A DNA stretch of 42,975 bases, taken from Acidimicrobiaceae bacterium (GTDB lineage Bacteria; Actinomycetota; Acidimicrobiia; Acidimicrobiales; JACDCH01). The stretch is taken from positions 1 through 42,975 of the forward strand of contig JBEEGD010000001.1 of NCBI GenBank assembly GCA_041166685.1, read 5' to 3'. A program made the position numbers and the translations under genes. The notes under the pieces were generated by a model that did no database searches, had not been told where the DNA came from, and saw nothing but the letters and a program-made list of their open reading frames with translations. Shown piece by piece: positions 1-8,067 of the stretch; position 1 is the first letter of the stretch, and every line of letters begins with the position of its first letter.

Positions 1-200
1 AGGCCGAGTTCACGATGACGGTCAGCTACGACGACTTCGCCAAGACGAGCAAGGGTGAGCTCGACGCCAACGCCGCCTTCATGCAAGGCCGTCTGAAGGT
101 CACCGGCAACATGGGCAAGTTGATGACGCTCATGCCGTTGACGCAGAGCCCCGAGTACAAGACGATCGCCGAGAAGGTGAACGCCGAAACGGAGTACTAA
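1..200 (+). CDS. SCP2 sterol-carrier-like domain protein, C-terminal fragment (5' end lies outside the window)
   Basis: The frame is open from base 3 to the TAA at 198-200. The tail ...ELDANAAFMQGRLKVTGNMGKLMTLMPL... matches the conserved C-terminal SCP2 motif (MxGKLKxxGNMxxxMKL). Confidence 0.7.
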   Translation, partial: AEFTMTVSYDDFAKTSKGELDANAAFMQGRLKVTGNMGKLMTLMPLTQSPEYKTIAEKVNAETEY

Positions 201-550
201 GCCTCGGGCGCAACCTCGATGCGGGCCGTGTGCGAGGCATCGGCACGATCGTGCAGCTCGACGGTTCCGGCCTCGGTCAGGAACACCGTCGTCGACTCGC
301 CCGGCCGCAACGTGCCCGTCTCGATCTTGTCACTCGTGAGGCCATGGTCCTTGGTGCCGCGGTTCGTCACCGAGATTGCGTCACCGACCTTCGCGTTCAT
401 CACCGCAGGCGTGATCGCGCCGTCATCAACCACGATCGTGGCCTTGATGTCGAAGTTGAGACTTGCACCGTCGTTGGGCCCGGGCTTCGCCGGTCCACTG
501 GCGCAGCCAACCAACAACGCAACGAGAACGACCGTCCAATGCCGGGTCAC
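197..550 (-). CDS. Putative secreted lipoprotein with a cupredoxin-like domain
   Basis: The GTG start overlaps the upstream stop (GTGA, 547-550). It has a signal peptide with lipobox LVALLVG-C. AKVGDAISVTNRGTKDHGLT resembles the cupredoxin strand motif, but I see no Cys/His/Met copper triad. Confidence 0.55.
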   Translation of the reverse strand: MTRHWTVVLVALLVGCASGPAKPGPNDGASLNFDIKATIVVDDGAITPAVMNAKVGDAISVTNRGTKDHGLTSDKIETGTLRPGESTTVFLTEAGTVELHDRADASHTARIEVAPEA

Positions 551-1386
551 GCGGCCGCGGCCCGCTGCACATCCCTGATTTGGCGGTACCCGATCAACGT
601 CACGCCGCTGCGTTCGATCAGCGTGCGCAAGCTTCCGTCGCGTACAACGAAGTCATGGTCGTCGACTCGTGCGGACCAGTCAGGCGCCACCGCGCGCAAC
701 TCGTCCGTGTCGACCGCAGGACGCACATACACCTCGGTGACGCCCGGTCGCAGGTCGAAGAGCGCCTTGTTGATGAATCGACGGCTGCCCACGCCGGGGA
801 TCGTTACGAAGTGGTCGGGAAAGAGCACACCTTCCTCGGCCGCGAGGCGACGGAACGGGAAGCCGATCGATCGCTCGGACGACGCGCCCGAGAGGCGCAG
901 CGGCAACCCGAAGTCGATCGCGAGCTCGAGGTAGATGTCGAAGAACTCAGGGCGCAGTTGCAGCGTGCCCATGTGGGAGTCGAGGTGGCTCACGTCGAAG
1001 CCCCACAAGATGGCCCGCTCGACTTGGGCCCGCAGCTCGCGCCGCACCTCGTCGAGGTCGGCGTGGTCCCACACGTCTTGAACGGTCCGGGGAAAGCCGC
1101 CGTCGCCGTCGAGCAACGAAGGGGCGTGTGTGATCGGGCCCCACCGGTACAGGTCGTACTCGGCATTGAGCGTGAGATGCACGCCGATGTCCTCGCCCAT
1201 GTAGCGCGACGCGGCTTCGCGGGCCCACGGCGCGGGCACCATGAGCGTGGCGCTCGTGGCCAGCCCGGTCCGCAGCGCCTCGTAGCAGCCGACATTGGCG
1301 GCATAGCTCGACCCGAGGTCGTCGCAGTTGATGATGAGCAACCGGTCGCCCGCCTGGTGACCCAGGCGCTCCGCAAGCGTCGTCAC
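547..1386 (-). CDS. YdjC/ChbG-family carbohydrate deacetylase-like protein
   Basis: Motifs LLIINCDDLG, ATLMVPAP, HLTLNAEY and LDSHMG are typical of the YdjC family. I chose GTG 1386 because it avoids overlap with the upstream gene. The maximal ORF reaches 1440, so the start is uncertain. Confidence 0.75.
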   Translation of the reverse strand: MTTLAERLGHQAGDRLLIINCDDLGSSYAANVGCYEALRTGLATSATLMVPAPWAREAASRYMGEDIGVHLTLNAEYDLYRWGPITHAPSLLDGDGGFPRTVQDVWDHADLDEVRRELRAQVERAILWGFDVSHLDSHMGTLQLRPEFFDIYLELAIDFGLPLRLSGASSERSIGFPFRRLAAEEGVLFPDHFVTIPGVGSRRFINKALFDLRPGVTEVYVRPAVDTDELRAVAPDWSARVDDHDFVVRDGSLRTLIERSGVTLIGYRQIRDVQRAAAA

Positions 1387-1397
1387 GGTTGAGCACG

Positions 1398-1907
1398 CTA
1401 TCCGCCGCTCGGCGCATGGTTGCCTCCGCACACCTGCCACAACCCTCGTCTGGCCGCTTGAGCCGCGGTGGCCGCAGCCTCGAGCTCACCGCGGTGCGCA
1501 AAGTTGGGCTTGATGGACAACGTCCCGGCGTACCCCTCGGACACCATCGTCAGGTCGATGAAGAGCCCGTCGCTGTCGCGGTACACGTAGGCGAGCAGCC
1601 GGCCGAAGCGGTCTCGCGCCTCGACATCGCGCACGAGCCGGATGGCGGTGCCAGCCGGCAGCAGCGCCGCCATTCGATCAGATGCCTCAGGCCCGTAACA
1701 CTCCACCGGCGTGTCGGGCTTGTGCGTCTCGGGGGTGTCGATGCCGAGCAACCGGATGTTCTCGTCGCGCCCGCCGATGCGCACGACGATGGTGTCGCCG
1801 TCGATGACACGCACGACGGTGGCGCGCCCGTCGGTGCTCGTCGCTTGCGGCTGCGCGCAGCCGCTCGCCAACAACACGATGCACGCGACTGCGATCGAAC
1901 GAACCAT
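1398..1907 (-). CDS. Thermonuclease (staphylococcal nuclease, SNase-like) lipoprotein
   Basis: ATG 1907 has AGAGGA about 6 nt upstream. Lipobox LLASG-C is present. VIDGDTIVV...IRLLGIDTPE...RDRFGRLLAYVY is the SNase/OB-fold signature. Confidence 0.85.
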   Translation of the reverse strand: MVRSIAVACIVLLASGCAQPQATSTDGRATVVRVIDGDTIVVRIGGRDENIRLLGIDTPETHKPDTPVECYGPEASDRMAALLPAGTAIRLVRDVEARDRFGRLLAYVYRDSDGLFIDLTMVSEGYAGTLSIKPNFAHRGELEAAATAAQAARRGLWQVCGGNHAPSGG

Positions 1908-2110
1908 GAGCGTCCTCTTCTCGACTCGATGAGGAGGACGACCGTTCACCGCCGGTCGACGAGCGTGCCTCGAGATCTTAGGAGCTGGGTGTGACGCTCA
2001 ATCGGCAGTCGGATTGCGAACGTCGGTGTCATAGCCGGTCCCGACCAGCGGCCCTGGACGATCCTCTTCGCATCGGTGCACCGCCCGGACTCCGACGGAG
2101 TCACCGACCA

Positions 2111-2794
2111 CTAGACGGACAGAGCGTGCTCCTCGAGCGGGTTCCTGCCATCGAGGCTGCCATGGACGCCGTAGGGGCGGAACCGGATGAACGCTGACTC
2201 GTGGTGGAAGTCCTTCTTCGCTTGTGCAGTGATCACGTCGCTGTGACGGGTATCGGCGTGGCCGTACGCGTACGTCGAGAGCGATCGAGTGTCTTCCCAC
2301 AATGAACACGTGGCGAGGAACGGCGGACGAGCGAGGGCCGTCGCCCAGATCAACCCGGGCGCCGTGGCCACTTTCGCCTCCGCCTTCCCGCTCGCCCGGA
2401 GGAAGCGCACCGTTTGCGTGAGGCGCAACCGCGCCAACGTGAGCACGACAGCCGGCCCGCGGTACTCGACGGAGCGCTCGCTGGGTACATCGGCGGGCAG
2501 GCCCGGCCACGCGCCGAACGCCCGCAAGGGTTCCAGTCGCACGACGAAGCCATCGGCGAGCTTCTTCGCTAGCGGATGCTGCGCCTGGAAACGGTCGAGC
2601 GCCGCGTCGTCGTCCCAGAGCGACACCAGACCGACCCGCCCCAGCATCGGTGGTTTGCGGTGTTTGCTGAACGGCGCGGCGATGCCGACGCTCGCCGTCC
2701 GCAGGCCCTCGATCGAGCCCGGCTTCGGCACCTTGCGCACGGCGGCGAGCGCAGAACGAATTCCGATGTCAGCGATATGGACGGACGCGATCAC
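2111..2794 (-). CDS. Conserved hypothetical protein with two tandem ABM/Dabb-like halves (resembles proteins annotated as spheroidene monooxygenase CrtA-like)
   Basis: The 227-aa ORF has high GC3. It has two similar halves, each ending in a ...SLWDDDAALDRF / ...SLWEDTRSLSTYAYG motif. The function call is by recollection only. Confidence 0.5.
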   Translation of the reverse strand: MIASVHIADIGIRSALAAVRKVPKPGSIEGLRTASVGIAAPFSKHRKPPMLGRVGLVSLWDDDAALDRFQAQHPLAKKLADGFVVRLEPLRAFGAWPGLPADVPSERSVEYRGPAVVLTLARLRLTQTVRFLRASGKAEAKVATAPGLIWATALARPPFLATCSLWEDTRSLSTYAYGHADTRHSDVITAQAKKDFHHESAFIRFRPYGVHGSLDGRNPLEEHALSV

Positions 2795-2882
2795 TGCCGG
2801 TCATGTTGTCGCAGTCGCCGAGACACCTCCAAGCTGCCGCTTCAGCACGGAGACCGCGAACTTCGGCGCTCGCGCGGGGAAT

Positions 2883-3290
2883 ATGTACGCAATGGCATCA
2901 AAATTCGAGCAGTCGGCGGAGCCGTTCGTCGGGAAAGTCGCGCAGATCACTCGCGGCGGCGTCGGGGCGATCGTGTCGTCTCCACCTGGACCGCCGAAAC
3001 GGATCGACGGCTACACGGTCGGGGTGATCCCCAACCTCGAAGGGCCTGCCCCACATCGGGGGGAGGTCCATCCAGACGGCGACGAACTCCTTTACCTCGT
3101 GAGCGGAGCGATCGAGGTGGTCCTCGACGACGGCGACCAACACTCGATCGGCGCCGAGACCACCGTTGTACTCCGCAAGGGCGATGCGTTCGTCGTCCCG
3201 CGCGGCGTCTGGCACCAAGTCCGAGTGATCGAGCCGGCGTACTTCGTGCACGTCACGCCGGGCCCGAACGGCAGCGCCAGACCCCTGTAG
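2883..3290 (+). CDS. Cupin-domain protein
   Basis: ATG 2883 lies inside the long shadow-extended ORF 2289-3290. HRGEVHPDGDELLYLVSG...GDAFVVPRGVWHQV is the two-motif cupin signature. Confidence 0.7.
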   Translation: MYAMASKFEQSAEPFVGKVAQITRGGVGAIVSSPPGPPKRIDGYTVGVIPNLEGPAPHRGEVHPDGDELLYLVSGAIEVVLDDGDQHSIGAETTVVLRKGDAFVVPRGVWHQVRVIEPAYFVHVTPGPNGSARPL

Positions 3291-3596
3291 TCCGACGAGC
3301 GACGCACGGCGAACGCGGGGGCGCGCGAACAGCACCTTCCGTCGTGCGACTCGACGGTCCGGTCGAGCACGACCGCAACGGTCACTCTGGGCCGGATCGT
3401 TTCGCCCGCGTCAGTCTGAGCATGGACCCGTTTGTGCACGCGTGTGCCCTCTGCAACGTTCGGCCGCTTCGAGCGCCAGGGTCAGGCCCGTTGTAGTCAT
3501 CAAAGATGACGCGTCGGGGTCATGGTGTGTACTTACTGGGTGACCGAAAGTGGTGTCACGCCCACGTAGTGTGTGCCTCGAGTTGATCGGTGTTCG

Positions 3597-6359
3597 ATGA
3601 GTGTCGCTGTCCAGCTGTTGAAGTACGCCAGCATCGCGACGTTCGGCGCGCTCACGATCGCCTGCCTTCGGCAGTGGCGACGTCAGGGCGACACGAGCAT
3701 CCGGTGGGCGACCGCCGCGTTCGGATCGCTCGCCGCGATCAGCCTGATCGGGCTCGCGCTGCAGGAGCCGGCGACGAGAGGATTCTTCCTCTGGTTCATC
3801 AAGGCGCTCCTCGTGGTCCTGCTTCTGTTCCCGTATTTTCTGTACCGCTTCGCCACCGCCTTCGAGCGACCCACGTGGCGTGTCAGCCTGCCCGCTCGGG
3901 TCTCGACGGGCGTCGTTGTCGTTTGGAGCGTGGCGGTTCCGTACTTCCCGCTGCCCGGCGCGCCGGAACCGCTGTGGTGGTCGCTGTACCGCGTTGCGAT
4001 CCTTTGTCAATGGACGATCCTGTTCGCCATCGTCGCCGCGCGACTGTGGGGCGCCGGCCGTCACGAGGTGGGCGTTGCGCGCCGTCGTATGCGGACCCTC
4101 GCGTTGGCGGCCACCGGCATGAACGCGGCCATTCTGCTGTCTGGCGTTGCCCAGGCGCCGCAGTCCGAGAGCATGGTCCTCGTCACCCAGTCGCTGTTCG
4201 TCGCGTCATCGGCCCTGTTCTTCGTAGGTCTCGCCCCGCCGGGATGGCTGCTCCGGCTCTGGCGTCGCCCAGAGGAGTTGGCCATGCAGGCAGCCATGAC
4301 CGCGCTGTTCCGCGCGGAGACGCAGAGGGAGCTGGCCGCGGTGCTTCTGCCGCGGGTCATCGGGATGGTCGGCGCTCGCGGCTCCGCGCTGGTGACGCGA
4401 TCCGGCGAGCTCCTCGGGTGCCATGGATCCACCGATGCTGACGACACGATCGTGCGGCTTGCGAACGCACCGACCGGTACGACGCTTCCCGGCGTACATC
4501 GAGTCGAGATGCGCACCGGCACATTGTTGATTTGGACCAGCCCGTATGCGCCGTTCTTCGGGCGTGACGAATTCGCGATGACCGAAAGCCTCGGGGTGTT
4601 TGCCGACATCGTCATGGAGCGCTGCGTGCTCGCCGAGCAGCGCGCACAGGCCGAAGAAGCACTCGTGTACCAGGCCCTCCACGACGCCCTCACCGGGTTG
4701 CCCAATCGGATCCTCTTCATGGATCGCCTGACCCACGCGCAGACGAGCCTCGAACGCCGCGGCGGAGCCCTGAGCGTGCTGTTCCTCGATCTCGACCGAT
4801 TCAAGCTCGTCAACGACACGATCGACCATCTTGCGGGCGACGCCCTCCTGCAAGCGGTCGCTCAACGGCTCACCGACGCCCTCCGTACGGGCGACACGGT
4901 GGCCCGGTTCGGAGGCGACGAGTTCGTGATTCTCGCCGAGGTCAGCGGGGAGCGTGAAGCGCTCGAGCTCGGCAGCCGGTTGATCGAGGCGCTCAGCACG
5001 CCCTTCTTGGTGGCCGAGCGGGAGCTGTCGGTCACCGCCAGCGTCGGCGTGGTCGTGACCCGGGATCATCAAGATCCTGTGCTTCTCGTCCGGGACGCTG
5101 ACGTCGCGATGTACCGAGCGAAAGAAGCGGGTCGTGCCCGAGTCGAGCTGTTCGACGAGCGCGTGCGCCTCGCCAGCGTCGACCGGCTGGGCATGGAGCG
5201 CGAACTCGGGCGGGCCATAGAAGAGAGATCTCTCGCTCTCCACTACCAGCCGATGGTCAGACTCGGCGACGGGGTGGTCGTGGGCGTCGAGGCCCTGCTC
5301 CGGTGGCATCACCCGAGACTCGGCATGGTCTTGCCTGGTGAGTTCATCCCGCTGGCGGAGGAGTCAGATCTCATCGTCGACGTCGGCACCTTTGCGCTGG
5401 AGGAGGCGTGCCGCCAGGCACGAGCGTGGCGCGAGACGATTCCGGGCCTGGACGAACTCGTCGTGTGGGTGAACGTGTCCGGCGCCCAGTTCAATCGGGC
5501 GGATGTGCCCGCGGCTGTCGCACGCGCGCTCGAAGCGAACGGGCTATCGCCCAGCGCGCTCGGGTTGGAGATCACCGAGTCGGTGTTCGTCAAGCAGACC
5601 GACACCCTGCGCTGTGCGCTGACGAAACTTCGTGCCCTGGGCGTTGGCATCGCCATCGACGACTTCGGGACGGGGTTCTCGTCCTTGGGTCGCCTCAAGG
5701 ACCTCCCCGCAGATGTGATCAAGATCGACGGCTGCTTCGTGCGCGGCCTCGGACAGACCGCGCAGGACTCGGCGATCGTCGCTGCCTGCGTGGCGCTGGC
5801 GGACGCGCTCGACCTCACCGCGGTTGCCGAGTGCATCGAAACGGAAGACCAGCTCGCCGCGCTGGTCGCGGAGCGGTGTCCGTACGGGCAGGGCTACTAC
5901 TTCAGCGCTCCGCTTCCCGCCGACGCGGCCACGGACTACCTGCGCCAGCACAACACAGCGACCGAATCGACGGCAGTCGGCGCCCGGGCTCGGTCCCGGC
6001 GCAGCACGCCGGTCGCGCTCATCTGCGACGACGAGTCGTCGGCCCGATTCCTGTACCGCTCGGCGCTCGAGTCGGCCGGCGCCGAGGTGCAGACGGTGGG
6101 AGACGCCGCCGCATGCATCGAATGGGCGATCGAACACCGACCCGACCTGGCTCTCGTCGACCTCTGCATGCCCGGTCACGACGGGCTATGGACCATCACG
6201 GAGCTACGCCGGCGGTGCCCGGACACCCGCGTCGTGCTCATGAGTGCTGATCCGGACCTGGAACGATTTCGGCTGGGACTCGAGTCCGGCGCCGACGAAT
6301 GCCTCGCCAAGGACGACGTCATCACGCGGCTCGACGACCTTCTGCTTCGCATCGCGTAG
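3597..6359 (+). CDS. Membrane-bound c-di-GMP turnover protein: ~7TM N-terminus, GAF-like region, GGDEF, EAL, C-terminal receiver (REC)
   Basis: About seven hydrophobic helices occupy the first ~230 aa. GGDEF domain: LTGLPNR ... RFGGDEFVIL. EAL domain: EALLRWHHP, DDFGTGFSSL, KIDGCFV. REC domain: ICDDES, LALVDLCMPGHDG, VVLMSAD, CLAKD. ATG 3597 is preferred over the upstream GTG 3573. Confidence 0.9.
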   Translation: MSVAVQLLKYASIATFGALTIACLRQWRRQGDTSIRWATAAFGSLAAISLIGLALQEPATRGFFLWFIKALLVVLLLFPYFLYRFATAFERPTWRVSLPARVSTGVVVVWSVAVPYFPLPGAPEPLWWSLYRVAILCQWTILFAIVAARLWGAGRHEVGVARRRMRTLALAATGMNAAILLSGVAQAPQSESMVLVTQSLFVASSALFFVGLAPPGWLLRLWRRPEELAMQAAMTALFRAETQRELAAVLLPRVIGMVGARGSALVTRSGELLGCHGSTDADDTIVRLANAPTGTTLPGVHRVEMRTGTLLIWTSPYAPFFGRDEFAMTESLGVFADIVMERCVLAEQRAQAEEALVYQALHDALTGLPNRILFMDRLTHAQTSLERRGGALSVLFLDLDRFKLVNDTIDHLAGDALLQAVAQRLTDALRTGDTVARFGGDEFVILAEVSGEREALELGSRLIEALSTPFLVAERELSVTASVGVVVTRDHQDPVLLVRDADVAMYRAKEAGRARVELFDERVRLASVDRLGMERELGRAIEERSLALHYQPMVRLGDGVVVGVEALLRWHHPRLGMVLPGEFIPLAEESDLIVDVGTFALEEACRQARAWRETIPGLDELVVWVNVSGAQFNRADVPAAVARALEANGLSPSALGLEITESVFVKQTDTLRCALTKLRALGVGIAIDDFGTGFSSLGRLKDLPADVIKIDGCFVRGLGQTAQDSAIVAACVALADALDLTAVAECIETEDQLAALVAERCPYGQGYYFSAPLPADAATDYLRQHNTATESTAVGARARSRRSTPVALICDDESSARFLYRSALESAGAEVQTVGDAAACIEWAIEHRPDLALVDLCMPGHDGLWTITELRRRCPDTRVVLMSADPDLERFRLGLESGADECLAKDDVITRLDDLLLRIA

Positions 6360-6485
6360 GCGCGCCATCGCGACGTCCGCAACGTCGCTGGCGTATTGAC
6401 TGCGCGTTCGCGAAACAGGTGGATCGAGATGCCGCGCTGCGCCTCGTTGGTGGGAGGGCGGGCGGCAATAGTGTCTCGGGTAGGC

Positions 6486-7928
6486 ATGGACGGGGACGCG
6501 TACCAGCAGCTACAGGCGAAGCTTGTCGCGCTCTGGCCGACGATTCGATCGCTCAGCGACGAGGAGCAGACCATCGTCGTCGTGCCCTCCATCTCGATGG
6601 TCGACCTCGCCGAGGACCTCGTTCCGCTCCTTCCGGCGTACGAGGAGCGGTACCTGTTTCTCCTGCTCTTGCTCCGACAGCGACGCGCCAATGTCGTGTA
6701 CGTCACCAGCCAGCCGGTCCTCCCTCGGCTGGTCGACTACTACCTCAGCCTCATTCCGGACGTCGACCTCGCCGACGCCCGTCGGCGCTTGTCGATGGTC
6801 TCGGTTGGGGACCCGACGTTCCGGCCGCTGAGCGCCAAGCTGCTCGATCGACCGGAGATCCTGGAGCGACTGCGCGGGCTCGTGGTCGACGTCGACCGGG
6901 CGCACCTCGTGCCGTTCACAACCAGCTCACTCGAGGCCGCCCTCGCCGTGGAGCTCGGCATCCCGATGTATGGCGCTGATCCATCGTTGCTCGACTTCGG
7001 TTCCAAGAGCGGGAGTCGTCGCGTGTTCGACGCCGTTGGCGTGCAGCATCCGCGCGGCTTCGAGAACCTGAGGAGCTTGGAGGAGGTGGCGGGTGCGCTC
7101 GCCGATCTTCCCGCCGCCGAGGCAGTCATCAAGCTGAACCACGGCATCGGTGGACTCGGAAATGCCATCGTGCACGGTGCCGACGAACGACATGTCGCGG
7201 CGCTCGTCGACCTGCTCCGCACGCAAGGCGTCGACCCTGCCCTCGTCGAGAAGGAGGGGGCGATCGTCGAAGAGCGGATCGTCGGCGACGAACTACGGAG
7301 CCCGAGCGCGCAGCTGCGCGTGACCCCCGAGGGCGACGTCGAACTGCTCTCGACCCACGATCAGTTGCTCGACCACGAACGAGCGCAGGACTACATCGGC
7401 TGCCGCTTCCCCGCTGATCCCGCGTACGTCGATGCGATCACGGATGCCAGTCGTCGTGTCGGGCGACACCTGGCGGATGCCGGCGTGCTCGGCCGGTTCG
7501 CCATCGATTTCGTCGCAGTGCGACGGGCGACGCGCGAGTGGGACACGTACGCCATCGAGATCAACCTACGCAAGGGCGGCACCACCCATCCGTTCCTCAC
7601 CATGCAGCTGCTGACCGACGGCAGCTACGACGCCGGGACCGGAACGTTCACCACATCCGCGGGGGCGGCACGGTGCTACATCGCGGTCGACCATCTGCAC
7701 GAGCCGGGATTCGAGCGGCTTGTTGCCGACGACGTTCTGGACCTCGCCGCGCGTGACGCCGCGCTGCAGTGGGACCACGCGCGGCAGGTTGGTGTGGTGT
7801 TCCACATGCTGAGCGCGCTCCCGGTCGCCGGTCGGGTCGGGCTCACTGCCATCGCGGAGACATCGGCGGCCGCTGACGCGCTGTACGAAGGGGTGCGCGA
7901 TCGACTGCTCGCCGTGTGCGGCCCGTAG
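6486..7928 (+). CDS. ATP-grasp protein related to peptide ligase PGM1 (pre-ATP-grasp plus ATP-grasp)
   Basis: ATG 6486 is the chosen start. IVVVPSISM..., YLFLLLLLRQRRANVVYVTSQPV and AIEINLRKGGTTHP are motifs I associate with the PGM1-related ligase family. Confidence 0.6.
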   Translation: MDGDAYQQLQAKLVALWPTIRSLSDEEQTIVVVPSISMVDLAEDLVPLLPAYEERYLFLLLLLRQRRANVVYVTSQPVLPRLVDYYLSLIPDVDLADARRRLSMVSVGDPTFRPLSAKLLDRPEILERLRGLVVDVDRAHLVPFTTSSLEAALAVELGIPMYGADPSLLDFGSKSGSRRVFDAVGVQHPRGFENLRSLEEVAGALADLPAAEAVIKLNHGIGGLGNAIVHGADERHVAALVDLLRTQGVDPALVEKEGAIVEERIVGDELRSPSAQLRVTPEGDVELLSTHDQLLDHERAQDYIGCRFPADPAYVDAITDASRRVGRHLADAGVLGRFAIDFVAVRRATREWDTYAIEINLRKGGTTHPFLTMQLLTDGSYDAGTGTFTTSAGAARCYIAVDHLHEPGFERLVADDVLDLAARDAALQWDHARQVGVVFHMLSALPVAGRVGLTAIAETSAAADALYEGVRDRLLAVCGP

Positions 7929-7950
7929 GTGCCGGACGTCTAGACGCGAC

Positions 7951-7980
7951 GAAGGCCCTCGACGAACAAAGAGGGCCTTC
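7951..7980. terminator. Bidirectional hairpin terminator between convergent genes
   Basis: GAAGGCCCTC gacgaacaaa GAGGGCCTTC forms a perfect 10-bp GC-rich stem. It lies 23 nt after the stop at 7928 and 88 nt after the stop at 8068. Confidence 0.7.
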
Positions 7981-8067
7981 GCGCGACAGGGAGATGCACC
8001 CTTACCTGTTCTGGTGTCGGCCGGACCGAGCCGTCAGAACAGACGCGTTCGCGCTAGGCGATCGCGA

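Noticed and set aside
3291-3596. A 300-bp untranslated gap upstream of the GGDEF-EAL gene with several short hairpins. One is GTCGTG(cga)CTCGAC...GTCGAGCACGAC near 3341-3373. A TGTGTAC motif also resembles the palindromic repeat.
   Set aside because: The hairpins are short or bulged, and I recognise no riboswitch consensus. Similarity to the 39748/40958 element is limited to the 7-mer. This may just be the cupin terminator plus a promoter region.
6370-6388. The hairpin GCGACGT-ccgca-ACGTCGC, 11 nt after the GGDEF-EAL stop.
   Set aside because: The stem is only 7 bp and has no U-tract. It may be a weak terminator, but the evidence is insufficient to annotate it.
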